Assembly (NCBI RefSeq): GCF_026571515.1
Contig: NW_026859131.1
Coordinates: 62,001 to 126,000 of the forward strand
Source: Ruditapes philippinarum
Taxonomy: Eukaryota
Direction: 5' to 3'
DNA: 64,000 bases
Position numbers and translations under genes: made by a program
Part shown: positions 23,601-37,629 of the stretch, piece by piece
How positions within the stretch are numbered: the first letter of the stretch is position 1
Layout: every line of letters begins with the position of its first letter
The notes under the pieces: generated by a model
Told to the model about the DNA's origin: nothing
The model's input: only the letters and a program-made list of their open reading frames with translations
Database searches by the model: none

Positions 23601-26563
23601 AATAGTTTATATGTAAACGTTTAGATATATTATTTAACTACTTACATAGCATGTAAATCTGTACGTAGTACTTTGATCAGTTGTCGTATCTTGGTTATAT
23701 ACATGTATAGTATAAACACTGTTAACCTCCGTTGAGTATATGCAGTTTGTTACGCCACCAGCTAGAATAAATTTAAAATTTCATTGACAATATTTTTTTT
23801 AAAGTTAGGTTATTTGAAACAATTCTGTTTATTCTGATATGATATTCTCGTTTTTGATATCTCTCTTTCTGTATATATCTAACAATTTTATACATTTGGC
23901 ATACACTAATATAAGTAAGTAAGTAAGTAAGTAAATATTTTATTATAGTGACATGTGTATGACAGTTTACAAATAACGAAATTAAATAATTTAACATAAC
24001 ACCCGGCCCAATGGACCAATAAGTCACCTGAAACATATATACATTATAAATAGTTCACATGAAATTATTATACTGTACACATCATAATTATTACAGGATA
24101 AATATTTCAACGATTAAACAAGGATTTCTTTCTTTTAAGATAAGCATTAACAAGGTATTTAGCTACTTTTCGTGGAAAACTTACAACAAGATATTTCATT
24201 TTCATATCATCGTTCATGTTCATAAAATCTTCATTCATAAATTGTTCACTAAAAATGTCTACTCTGATGTTGTTGTAAAAGGGACATTGGACTAAAAAGT
24301 GTTTTTCATCTTCTATTTTATTATCTTTTTTAATATATTTTAGTTAAACGCCTTAACTGCGAAAAGATAAAATAACTATTAGTTATTCAACGAAAATTAT
24401 ACTCATTCTAATAATTTACATCTTTGATAAAATTTCTCAATATAATTATGACGAAAAGGGCAGCAACGTTCATGGTCGGTAAAGGTAAACAACAAATCAA
24501 ATATTTTGATTTTTTCCCTTCTGTCAGATTTATGAACAGCGTTCACCTAACTGCCAAAATTATTTTATTCATGAACTAAAAACCGAACCTGAGTAAGCTT
24601 GAATTTGTGAACATTGTGTGTAGTCCCAGGTCATCGTGGTTTTATCCGTGCAAACTGTCACTGCGGAGTTATTGCACAAGTTACCGGAGCCGGTATCGTA
24701 AGTGTACGCAAAGTTTCCCAGAAATGGGATTCCGCAATTACTCTTCACATTTTCTATCGTACCTGAAACATGTTAGTCGAAATAACTTTATTACTTTCTT
24801 TCTGGAGGACAAAACAAGCTGTAATTCAAAAAGTATTGACATGAAAACATTTCGATATCTCTGACTTGTTACCGCCATTTTTAGTTTTGTGCGTGTTTAT
24901 TTTTTTCATTACTATTGAAGCTAATTAAAGGGGAAAATGTGTTGACAATTTGTATTGGATAACGAATCTTTTCATTATATCCATTAAATTACGAAATATG
25001 TGCGTTGAGGTACTATGCATATGTTGTTACTTGTTATTTTATACGATACTTATTCTGGGTTTTCTGTAACTGTCTATTGAAAACATAAATATAACACAAA
25101 ACACTTCTGCTTAGAAGTTTAAACACTGAGTTAACCATTTTTCATCAAGACACTGTATGGTACGTCGGTGTAGTCTGTGACTGTACACACTTCAGAGCCA
25201 GTAGCTTGAGGGAAGGAAGCCAATTTAAACAAAACCCGCTCATTATTTGCATCTGACTGTTGAGCTGTAATAAGTATATAAACAGATGAAACAACGCGCT
25301 CATACAATATTAATCGTGCATTCTACGAGTTATGATCCGTCCACTACCGATCACATGCATTATTAGATAGATATGTACAAAATTTGATTTTTACCGATAT
25401 CATTATCATTAGGTTAAATCATTTAATTAAAAGCTCTTTGTCTAATGAACTTAATATTTATCTTATAGAATGTTTTTTTATAGTGAATTACAGAAGCGTT
25501 AGGAAACTTGAAATGACAGCCTAGAACAGGAAGATACCCGGTGTCTTTTGCTTTGTGTTGTTATTGTCATTTGATTATTATTGTCAACGTTTTAGAAATT
25601 TAACTTACGTGTAGCTCTATAATATTTATACAGATCGCCTGTGGTGATGTCAGTAACTTGCTGAAGGTCAATGCAAAGGTAGGCATAGAATGATAAACCA
25701 AAACGCTTAAATGATTCAGATCTGGAAAAACATATGAAAATTACTATAATTAATATACCTTGGTTTCATAAAAAGACAAAACAAATAAAATACTTTCAGA
25801 ACGTGTTAGAGAGACATATAATAAAATAATATAAAGATATTTTAAAGTTTCCGTGATAACTTGTCATCAAAACATGAAAACAAAACAAAAACATCAATCA
25901 AACGGATTCGAGAGAGTTTCAATAAGTGTGTAGCTTCCAGCACAATCGAGATCAAATAAATTCGTATAAACTAAATAAAAGCCTTTCTTACAATACATAA
26001 AAGTACTAAAACGAAATAATATACACACTTCAATACATATTTGCCAGAGTATTCCTCAATGCACGTAAAACTGTCAGTGGAAAATGTTGCCACCTTGAAA
26101 CCCGATAGGGATGAATCAGCAAACACGAGGGCATCTTTTTCACTGCTAAGCCACGACCCACGCAAGTATGTAGGAAACGTACAGCCTATATAAGGCAAAT
26201 AGCTAAATGTTTTAACGTAAAAGTCGAGTACGATGAAATGAAGACTAACATAGACAATAATTTTAACACTACTGTGAACTTTACTAACTTTAAGTATGAT
26301 ACTTACAAGCAGTAATGTTCAATGTGCTCGGTTATAAGTTGAAGAAAGGCAAACTATCAATCATCTTACGACAATTTAAATTTTTAAAAGTAAAATCTCA
26401 CTGACTATATTTAAATGTTGAAAACCTGCCTATATTTAAGATAGACAATGCCTTGAAAAGTTTATCAAATATGAAAGAACATAAATAAAAGTAACTGTTT
26501 ACCTGAACAAAAAGCAATAATGCAGCAGAAAAAAACACTCCTAGTGATAAAAAAGCTTGCCAT
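17601..26563 (-). CDS. Gene A: ~980-aa type I membrane protein (signal peptide, 12-Cys ectodomain, TM, long basic/disordered tail), ~17 exons
   Basis: GT-AG exons: 26563-26503, 26185-26029, 25721-25609, 25264-25136, 24762-24589, 23761-23646, 23357-23243, 22945-22937, 22651-22488 (TM GVIAAIVIIVVLILALIAAGIIYYLY then KRKKKK), 21994-21839, 20984-20934, 20714-20537, 20297-20122, 19814-19683, 19456-~19186, 18692-18356, 18202-17601. Phases are consistent except the 19186/18692 junction. CTFPTYLRGSW recalls the C-x-F-P-x-x-L-x-G-x-W motif of APCDD1-like/DUF7042-7044 proteins (unverified). Confidence 0.8.
21210..21797. mobile_element. Second copy of the ATAGAGGATATT-TIR element, in an intron of gene A
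   Basis: 21540..21797 aligns with 13990..14259 (gacgttacgcggcaaaa, cactcgtggctacgccactcgt, acaaatatcctctattt); left boundary approximate. Confidence 0.8.
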
Positions 26564-26614
26564 CTTCAGCCAAGACGACACTAGAAGCCATTTCTTATTG
26601 AACCAAATGTAGAT

Positions 26615-26663
26615 CCGCCATTTTCGGTTTAATGTAACTATGGATACATCAATCGCCGGAAGT
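26615..26663 (-). promoter_or_regulatory. Gene A proximal promoter: ETS (ACTTCCGG), X-box-like (GTATCCATAGTTAC), YY1-like (AAAATGGCGG)
   Basis: Motifs at 26656..26663, 26634..26647 and 26615..26624, within ~100 bp of the ATG; same order recurs upstream of gene B. Confidence 0.45.
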
Positions 26664-28426
26664 AGGTTTTAAATATATACCGATTGCTGCAAGAAAAATT
26701 CAAATCAAAATTCCTAATTTTCATTAACATTTAGATACCATTTTCTCTTTTTTTATTATTTAAAGTGATATTTAAAATATTGTTGTTAAGAAATAAATTT
26801 AATTTTCGAACGCGTTTACTATATTGAAAATAAATTGCAGTAACTTAGCGATTAAAAATTGACATTCGCTAATCCGAGTTCAAATATATAAAACTTATAG
26901 GATTAGCGGCATATTAATCACTGTTAAAGTTTTGTTTAGCTGCAACAGCCGACATTGTTATGAATTTGATCCCCGTTACGTAGGGTCATTTAAATCTATA
27001 CATGTCTGTATGTTGAATAATTTTGAATATGTAAAGTTACCAATAAATTAGGAAGTCGTGATAGATCAAAGGATTAGTTTGAGAGGAACGCATTTAGTTT
27101 TTAAGAAATGTCGTACTTGCACAACTGATAATCATGAAATACTAGTACTTTTGAATATTATAAGGGTTGTTTAGACTGATTAATTTACATTTCACTGATA
27201 CATTAAGCACCAAAAACAAGTCATTAATTAGCGACGTTACTGAAGAATATTGTTTTTTATACGATAACATGACTTATACACAAATGAAAATAAAACACTA
27301 TGATACCCCGAACAAAAACACAGGACAAAAGTTCAAATACTGATGCAAAGATTAAAATGTCGCACGATACACGAACGTCAGGAAAACTTAAACCGTTCCT
27401 AGCCCTTCTCATTATCTTTTTAGACAGAAAATTTTTCTAAGTAAATGAATGACAAAAACATGGAGTTCTCAATTGATCCTACCATGTTTTATTTATTTAA
27501 TAAAAATTCTTAACATTTGCATTTTAGTTGGCTTATTCATGAATTACGAATTCCAATCAAATAGGTATAGCACTTTATTTCTATAATTACAATTTCCAAT
27601 AAGGGCATTAATTTTGATTAATATCCTGGGCCGTACTTGCAGGAACACATTTTTGTCCTTACGAGTTGAAAGGACCTAATTAAACATATGTAATTACAAG
27701 TGGTATAACACACAGTAACAATATCAATCACTAAACATACAGGATCTTTAAGAAATTAGCATTAAATGTGAGATACTTTGTTAGAGAGGTAGCAATATGT
27801 AAACAACTTGGTATTTTGGCTTCCACACAAAATAATAAATCACTATAACTATACTAAATGTCAAACGCAAAAAAGCAAAATATAATTAAGCTATATGGCA
27901 AATGAGTTACAGGAAACTGTCACAGGACACACAAAATAAATAAAAGTAGTAGTTTGAGGCTTAATGAATCATTACAATTCTGTTTCTGTTTCCTTTTATA
28001 TTTCTCGAAAAAACTCCCCATTCAAGAATATTTCAATAAACTAACAATGACCCGTGTGTTTGCATGCTGCTAAAGATTATACTAAAAAGAGATATTAACA
28101 TATGTCTAAAACAAGTGAACGTATTCAGAGTTCAGAATGTTATTGTACTTTCCGTCATGTTATAACTGTATACCATTAGTACGTAAATCTAGCAAATCTG
28201 GTTAAAGGGTTATAACCTGTAATATTAAGGATTAAATTAATACATGTACTTCTTAAAAGTTTGAAATCTAAGTTATAAATTAAATTTATACAGTTAAAAA
28301 CTTTAATTGAAAAATGCATCTATAAAACAATTTTACGAACACTGCAATATTTCTTCTACAAATTCTATTTTGTTACTATCATATCTATAAAAAAAACTTT
28401 GTAAAAAAATAAAAGATCAAAGCGGC

Positions 28427-28485
28427 ACTTCCGGTCAAGGATTAATCTCCATAGCGTCTGTGAATGGAACAAAAGAAAATGGAGG
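28427..28485 (+). promoter_or_regulatory. Gene B proximal promoter: ETS (ACTTCCGG), degenerate X-box (ATCTCCATAGCGTC), YY1-like (AAAATGGAGG)
   Basis: Same motif order and similar spacing as upstream of gene A; both starts read tgaagATG. Confidence 0.4.
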
Positions 28486-28574
28486 AACGCTTAAATTAGC
28501 ACATAAGGATGGTTTAAGCAAAAAGATGCAGCTATTACATAAAAGAAACTAGCGAGCAAGAATACGCTTTGAAG

Positions 28575-31500
28575 ATGAAAACATCGGCTAAACATGTCTT
28601 AAATCTTTTGATTTTGGCTTATTTTGGATTTCATTTATCAGGTATGTAAATCCTTTTTTAATTCTCTTTAATATGATTTACGAATAATAGATTTCAATCA
28701 TATTATTTTTTTTCGTGATGGAGTTTTAAAAAGATGGAACAAATCGTCCATAGTGGCGACTTCTAGTGAAACAATTTGGAGATCTTGAAATAAGGACAGA
28801 CTCTGTAAACAAATGAAACAAATATTATCTCTTGCCTTCATGTCCACGTTTTTTGTTGTTCCGTTTTTTATATACTGTAGTAAATGTGGTGCTTTATACT
28901 GGCGAAACTAAAATAGGATCTTTTTAAAAATGAAGGACTCACTTTGCCAATGGATGAATGATAAAGAAGGAAGAAATAAATCTTAGAATATAGAAGTACA
29001 TCTATTCAACCTATGTGTTTTTATTCAACACAAAATCAGTAATAACTGCTTCAAAGAAATTCCTGTCTCCTTCAATTTCAATAGGAAGTTCCTGCACATA
29101 CCCATCTGAACTCCAAGATGGCACGTGGCACTCTAGTGATATGGGAACTGTTACATTCAACTCGACCCACTTCACAGTTTCAGGGATTGTTGATTTTGGG
29201 TCTCTAACTTTCGAATGTGTTTCACTGGGCAGTGGGAGGTACTACAGCTTGTAAGTACTATATCATATACACTTCATATTTAAATAACACTTTATAAATT
29301 GCCCCCAAAAAAGTCTTTCATAATGCGGGCATATGACAGGCAACTAAATACATTTTTACAGTAAGTAAATCTTTGCTTTATCCTTCTTGTAGTACTGTTT
29401 GATACTTGTTGCAACTGATTTATGCTTATATGCCATTTATAGGTAATAGTCACATTAATCTAGACATATATTACAGAACTGCGCAACAGAACGCTCAATT
29501 TTTTTAATATTAAGCATAATTATTTCATAATATCCATATAAAAGCAATTTCGGTTTCTATTTTTTACAGATCGAATTCCTTCCAATATCTGGGAATAACA
29601 GATCCATTTAAAGTTGCATTATGTTTCGAGCTTAGCAGACAGTCGTCTACGAAATATATATATTATCCTCAAACTAGTACGTTACATTTATCTTAGTAAT
29701 ATATCTATTAGATTTAGAGACATACTAGAAATTAAAAAAATATACATCTACATAATTTATGCTTATATATCTTACTATTTTAAAATAGCTTTAGTTTTTA
29801 CACGATTAGGCAATAACAAGAACTTTTGATATATATTTATATGCCCCATTTACCACATTGTTAATAAACAAAGCATTGAAAGTACCGACAACTAGCAAGG
29901 ATTACATAACGACATCTTTGAGTGTTCATACGCAAGTATATACCGCAATGTAAGTGTTTCTAAAGTGTTGGTGGCTTCAATCAAAAATGAACATGCTTAT
30001 ATTCTTTTAAAACATTTCAGCTATTTTAGCAAATACAAACATAAACAGAGTAACATTCAATCAAGCTACTCATTCCTTCAGTCGGACAGAAACCTGTAAC
30101 GATGTGTCCTTTGATGTGGACCAAATCAGACTTCTTGTTAAATCAGGTATCTTTACACACACGTATAGTTTTTATTCCGACACCATTATAACATGTTTTT
30201 AATAATTTCCCCCTACTATGCAATGTCACCTTAAACCTGCTCTCTCTCTTCCACTCGGTACGTGTACGTCATTGAGAGGCCAGTGACATCGGTGGAAGAT
30301 TTGAAGAGCTTGGGACATTTAACTTATATCATGAGGGCTAGCTGTCGATTTCAATAAAGGGCTTCCTCATCTTATCGTCGTTATACGTTTAGGTGTTTAT
30401 AAACCTCTAAATAGTCACCTACTTTCTGCTCCAAATTAGTAATAGTTTAAATGTGATGAGGGGATGTGGAGTAAGTTCTGTTAAACCATGTTTCCTCTTA
30501 CAAATTATTTTACATCATTATTGAGTTATAATTTTTGACCACCAATAACGTTGACGATCATGCATGAAAACATCGAAAAACACACAACACACGAATTTAT
30601 TCGAAACTCTCAGTTATTTATGTCCAATAAGTGATTGATGTGTTCAATTGATATATACATGTAGTTTATTTTGTTTGCATAATTCTAAAATATTTATATA
30701 ACCGCCACCGATGATTTGTCATTGTAAAAGGTTTCCAAAAGTTTTTTTAGATGACACAGATTACTTAGAATGTTTATATTCCTCCGGATTTTAAATGTCT
30801 TTCGGTATTTTTGTCGGGAATACACTTGATATTAAAGTTTGAATTGATTAAAATTTAATTGCTTAATTGATTCTCTTTAAATTTGAAATTCAGAAGCATA
30901 CATATTGCTAAATAATTTCTGTTCCAATCTAAACCGACATACACGAGGGTAAAAAACGAATTGAAACGAAAAAACTTATTAGAATCAGTGTAAGTTTTAT
31001 ACGTGGTTGCATCTTTGGTATAATAGTGGAATTGTGTGCGATTATTCGTATCCTTATTTTTGATACGTTAATATGGTTTCAAAATACAAATAATAGTTTT
31101 ATAATTATCATTCTATTACTTTCAAAAGTAAAGCATTACGGTATATCAAAATATACATGTATAACAAAAACCGATGACTGCTGAGATCCATGTATCTATG
31201 AAAAAAACAAAACTGATTTACCTCATGAAAACTTTGGTCAAAGAGTAATTACTCGTGTGATTCAGAACCTTCTTTTCGTACATGTAGTTAAAATATTTCA
31301 ACATTCTAGGTCAATGTTGTCCATACATAAAATAACACATCAGCTCGTAGTACAGTTTATTGGACTACCGAACTAACCTTAATGAAGTCCTGAATTACAC
31401 AAGAAATACCTTTACTTTTTACATTATCAAACAGGCACTGCTAACATAATCTATGAATACAAAATTCCCTAATAACATTTTAAAGAAAAGGCAGATTTAC

Positions 31501-34401
31501 CTCGGCCGAGTATCTTTTTAAAAAAATACTTCTTGTTTTGTGTTTTTCGATATTTTCATATGCATGAGTAAACTTACAGGATTGTGAACAACATTATTGG
31601 TGGTCAAAATTTATAACCCAATAAGTTTTTGTAAGAAATAAACTCACTAAGTTTTTAAGTACTAGAAAATGTAATGAGATCTAAACACAGTGTAAAATGT
31701 TTTGTTGTAAGACTAAAGTTAAACAGAACTTAAATATCTTAGCAAATTAACTAGAGATTTAAAGAAGTAGCCCGTACATTTATTTTAGTACTGTCCTTAA
31801 CATTTTATTTATAATTGAAAGAACTATCCTTAAAACATTATTTTAGAATGGCAAGAACTATTCTTTACATTTTATTTTAGAAAGGCCATTGAGATTCTCA
31901 GATGTCAATTTGTAATTTTGAAATGCCAAATGATTATTCTTCTTATATTCAGTTCATCCCTGCAAATTTTACAGGAATTCAAATAGATTTTAGACCGACC
32001 TTAGACCGGAAGTCTCTTACTACTTTTGTGCCTTACCGGGCGGTAAAACTGAAAAACAGAATATAGACAGGCACGTTATTAAACCTGCCTTGTCAAGATT
32101 GTTGTGTTTGAACTACTAAAAAGTCTAAAGATATTTGGTGTGGTAAGGATTCATTACTTATAATCATAATTATGCTCAGTACATGACTTATTTCAGGTCA
32201 TGCCAATGAGTCTGCGTTAGACTGTGGTAACGCAATATCTGGTATATACACGTACAATGCGAGTTCAAGCTCGTGCACAACGACATACCTTGATGGATGC
32301 TCAGACAAAAGTGAACTTGTATTTAACTATACACTATGTCCTGATGTTATGGCATATTCGTGTGAGTTGACAGTTTATTTGAAACATTTTATTCTTTTAC
32401 TACTAAAAGGTTTTAACTATCTGTATATACATGTAGAACGATATGTATATCATTTTGTATTTGCAAACGGAAGAAATGGAAATGATCAATTAAAATAGTC
32501 AAGCGAATATGAGAATGATTATACAGGAAATGTAAAAACATTAACCTATTTCTTTATTTGTTAATTATTCAAATAGGCTTGGGAAACGGTTTTTTTTTCA
32601 TTTTTGACGTTTCTTACCATCGTAACAACATTGACTTACATTATACTCATCCAAGTAATGTTATATGGCTCGCCACTAGCTACGTTTAAAATAATTTCCT
32701 AAACCCCTCTAGTATATGTCAAAATAAATGACATTTACTCTAAGATCCTACTTTTTCTATTCATAGATTTTATTTATATATCAACATTTTTATTTGCATT
32801 CCTTGTCAATATGATTGTATACATTGTTCATAAAGTGTGATATTATTTCAAAATTACCGTTATATATTAATTATTGCGTTAAAAGTTGTAATCATGGATT
32901 TTACATTGTGTTTTAGCTGTAGGTCACTCTGTGTATGAACAACACGGATCAGGTTGTGTAACCTACACTATCTATAATCAAGATGGCAAACAACGAAAGT
33001 TCTACTTATAGATTTTTTTGCAGGGGTAAAAACTACCCCCCAAGTGATTTACTTTTTCACGATTTTCTTACTTCTTTTTTTCGAAAAAATTTTATTTTTT
33101 AAAAATTTTTTTTTCTTTGGGTATTTTTATAAAAAACCAAATTTCAAAAAGTATTAAACAGTTAGTTTTGCAGAAATTAACATTCGCTAACTGAAACTAT
33201 TTCAATTTCCTGAAAGGAAAACCTTTTCAAATTTAATACTTTTTAAAATTTTAAAAAAACATTTTAAACAACTACAATCAATTGTTTCAGGCATCAATAG
33301 AGTCAGCTGGGACAAGTGAAACTTTCCGCAAGCGTTTTAACCCAAACAGAACGTCACCTCATTGGCCGCCTGGAAAAGGGATTTTTTATGGGGCAACTGT
33401 AAGGGACTTTTTTTGTATACGGGCCTTTAATTTAAGGTCCCCGATTTTATTTTCTCAAATTAAAAATTTCTTTTTAAAATTTTTTTTAAAATTTTGTTGA
33501 CGAAATTCTTTTTCACGATTTCTTTTCCAAAAAAGGAATTTAAAAAGAAAAATATTTACTTTTTGTAGGAAAACATATTAATATTAGCTTATTCACTTTA
33601 TATTTTGAATAAAAAAAGTAGGGGAAAAACTTTGCCTTTTTAAAAATAAAATTGTATGTTATAACTTTATGCCAAGTGAAAATGCATATTTTATACATAA
33701 ACAAATGAATTATATGTCATAACATGTATTTATCGCTAAATTATGTGTATTTTGTGTTTTAAACAGCAACTTGTAAGACAAATGACGACGAAACATCGAC
33801 AACATTGAGTGCTGGTGCTGCAACAGCCATTGTTCTCGCACTTCTAATTCTCATTGGTGCCGCCATCGTCGTCGGTATCTGGTATTATATTAAAGTATAT
33901 AGGTTCAAAAAGGTCAACCCAGACATGATACCTTCCAAATCTCCACCATTAGACACAAAAGAGAAAAATCTAGACGGTAGAGTTTCACCATTCTCACCGT
34001 ATCCAACGGTCAGTGAATTGGCTGTCGGTCGATTTGGTCCATCGGAAATTGACGACGACGATGGTGGCATGACTCTTGAAGCAACTACTCCAGGGTTTAC
34101 AGACGGAAGGAGAACGATGTACGGGAAAGATGTTGAGAGGGAGTCGCAAGCTAGTTTACCTATGTACAGTGAAGTTGGTGGAGACACACCGGAACCTACG
34201 AGGCTTAGCGAGGTTCATACTAGGATGAGTGAAATTTCTGAGGTCAATATTGCTGATCCGACGCCATTTACAATGACACGTGCCACTATGAACATTCCTG
34301 AAGAAACACGAGTTTCACCACTTCAAACCCCGGAAAACAGGCCAAATGGAGAAGTTCATTCACCAAGAGAAAATGGTGAAGTAAATGACGTAACCCTTTA
34401 A
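28575..34401 (+). CDS. Gene B: paralog of gene A; type I membrane protein with a short acidic Ser/Thr/Pro-rich tail, 8 exons
   Basis: Exons 28575-28641 (signal peptide), 29085-29250 (CTYPSELQDGTW), 29570-29676, 30021-30146, 32197-32361, 32917-~33025 (garbled), 33291-~33398 (garbled), 33767-34401 (TM LSAGAATAIVLALLILIGAAIVVGIWYYI). Intron phases 1,2,1,1,1 and Cys spacing match gene A. Confidence 0.8.
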
Positions 34402-35837
34402 AAAATTGGTTTAAAATAAAAAAATGGCACTTTATAGTGAATCGCGGACGTCCCCTTCCATTTTCAGAAATGTTCATTTTTTCATTTATTGAAAATGTAA
34501 GTTTTTCCCCTTAAATTTGGACGGGTTTGTAAAGGGTTTCACATAAATCAATTTTTTATTGAAAGCAAAGATCTTTAAAAATCATTGGGACAATAAAAAA
34601 AAACATAAAAGTTAAAAAAACTTTTAAATTTTTTATATAATACGGGCCCAAAAGACATTTTAAAGTTGTAGTTAGATGATGAATGTCGCCTTATAATATT
34701 TTTACTGAAACCTTTTATAAATATGATGAATTATATACTTAAAATTATGTTTGTTTAATGCACAGTTTTGCCTGAAAAATCAATTATTTATATACTTGAC
34801 TTTATAAATCAAATGTTTAAGATACTAACACTAAACACTTCCTATGATCTGAAACAGGATGTTGTAAAAACTGTACAGTGAATTTTCAAAAAAGTTATCG
34901 GAAATAGAGTTGCACCAATTACAGCATTGCTAACGTTCAATAGAGGTACTCAGTTTAGATACATAGGTGTTGTCAAAGCCGTATAACATTTACGACAACC
35001 AATTCGAACAAAAAATCATTTTTTTGTTCAACGGTTAGCATAAAGCAGAAATTAAAGTGGCCATCCGGAATATATGTTACAGTTTTTTAGAGTAAGATGG
35101 TCACTATTCAGAGGAGGACACATGTTTGATTGTATATTTTGTGTGAGTGAGTGCACCTGTATTTGTTGTTACACCAAGTCATGAGATTCATCATCTTTGT
35201 GTTTGTATTGTATACTCTATATTTCAAATAGTATACATACATGAACTTATACCGGACATTTTTTGAGTTTTTTGTTTATATACACAACTATGTTCTTTTC
35301 TTAATTAAGTTTTATGAATTCATAATAAATGTGTTTATCTTAGTACATGAATGAAGTTACTTGTGAAAAATGAATTCCCCACATTATTCTTCTATTAGAA
35401 CAGTTTACAAAATAGTATTCATTTTCAAAAGTAAAATACTTATATATACAAAGCAATGTAAAATATAAATTCTATATAAAGTTGGAGAAAGATTTCGGGA
35501 AAAAAATGACAATACTGCTTTAACATTATCATACAAAAACTTTCAAGTTCAGAATTTGTTTTGGCAATTCAATGTCTAATTACTTCAACAGTCCATTCAT
35601 TCACAACAAAATTCATAGCTCTTAGAGCCAATGCGTTTTACTTATCAGAATAAGCCCATTAATTTCCAGAAGCAATTAAATGCAGCGTACATACCAGTAT
35701 AGTTTGCTTCAATTTGAGGACAAACCTTGGGGGTCAACGCTTAGTTTCAAATACAGATGGATCACTTTGCTAGAAGCGTCATCACTGTCAGCTAAATAGC
35801 AATTTTCAATTTTACTCATTGAGCAGCTTACAGTTTT

Positions 35838-35838
<1 letters not shown>

Positions 35839-35887
<49 letters not shown>
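35839..35887. repeat. Poly-C tract (~49 nt)
   Basis: Seen directly; length may be unreliable. Confidence 0.9.
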
Positions 35888-36574
35888 ACCCGCTAAACTT
35901 CAAAACCCCAAAGCACAGGGGAAAGGTGAAAAGCTTAAGATAATACAAAAAGGACCGCGTGCTGGGAATCAAACCCCGGGCCCGATTAAGTCCAACCCCT
36001 ATTTCAAACCGTAGGGCTTTTCTTTTATGTAGGCCCTTGAGCGAGTTTTATATTTTGTAGCATACCTTTGGTTGTCCCCTAACTTTCTTTTATTGGGGTC
36101 AAGTCATTGGTGCTTAAAAAGACTTTTACACTTTTACTCAAACTGCCATTGCTTATTTACTAAAGCAATGCATTAAACACATTGATAAATGTACAGGTTC
36201 GGAAAGCGATATTCTTGTTATGTGCAGAAACCTTGGTCAGTATAGTCGATTAACATATTCACTAATATTTTTTCAATTATACATGTATATCTATATCATA
36301 GAGGTTTTTTAAATGTAATTTATCAGACATGTTGACAATGTTTATACTGACATATCATCTAAATCACTGTACTGTAATTATTTACGTCTATTGATTATAT
36401 CACCAAAACAACAACAAAAACAACAACAAAATAACTGTTAAACAAAAACGTAAAAGAATTAATGGGTAGGTCCCAGATTAACATGTTTTTATGATTATCT
36501 TATCAATTTCGCAGGTCAAGAAATCGAATAGATCAAAACTCCCTGTCTTCAAGCTGATCAATTAAAAAACAATG

Positions 36575-37540
36575 TCACCACCATTATAATCATCAAAGTC
36601 ATAACAATCATCACCATAGTTAAATTCTGTATAACGTCCATCGACATGAAAATCATCATCACCTTAATCATCATCATCATCATCTTCATCATACTTATCA
36701 TCAAATTCACAATTTTTATCACCATTATCATCATTTTGATCGTGATGATAATAATCATCACTTTTATCATCCCCGTAATCATCATCAAAATCATCATTAC
36801 GTCTATCATCATCTTCATCAAAATCATCATCACCTTCATCAGCATTATAAAATTAATCATCGTCACGTCCATAAACTTCAAAAAACACCTCCATGGTGAT
36901 CTTTATTAAAATCATGATCACCATCATCGTCATCATATCATAATAATCATATTTATCATAATATCATTACGTACATCATCGTGAAATTCTTCATCAAAAT
37001 CATCATCACACCCATCTTGCAAATTATAATTAACATCACCTATAACATTCCCAATATCATCATTAAATATTTATCACATCCATCATCACCAAGCTCAAAC
37101 TTGTCAACTATATCATCATCATCACTTACATCATTAAATTCATTATTATAATCGCATCAATTATCAAAATTACCATAATTGAAATAATGTTTATCAACAT
37201 CTCCATCATCATTATCGTTATCATCGCTAAATTATATGAAGTCTGATGTCCGTTTTATTGTGTTTTAATTGTAATAAAATGACATTAATATGTTTTACAT
37301 GAATTACTGAAATATGAGACCCCAGGAGGGAATGCTTTTTAATATTTTGAATTAATAGTAATGAGGATGATAATAAAGATGATGGCGGGGAGATGAAGAC
37401 GATGATGATGATTATCATTGTCGTGTCGGTGTTCTGGTGATGATAATAATGATTATAGTACCGATGATGGTGCTGATATATTAGTGACGATGATGCCCTG
37501 ATGATGATTAAGATGTACTTATTGTGATGATAATGAAGTT
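36575..37540. repeat. Degenerate (ATC)n microsatellite (~36575..37225) followed by an inverted (GAT)n block (~37360..37540)
   Basis: Runs of catcatcat then gatgatgat; source of the Met/Ile-rich spurious ORFs. Confidence 0.85.
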
Positions 37541-37629
37541 GTGATTTTGCAAGAATGCACAAAATATCGTTAATTTCGATTTTGGTTAGAAAATGACAAT
37601 TACTAAAACTTCTGGTGACATAGAAAAGT

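Noticed and set aside
35709-35972. Poly-Gly ORF
   Set aside because: Translation of the poly-C tract.
36558-37562. Met/Ile/His-rich ORFs
   Set aside because: Translations of the (ATC)n/(GAT)n microsatellite.
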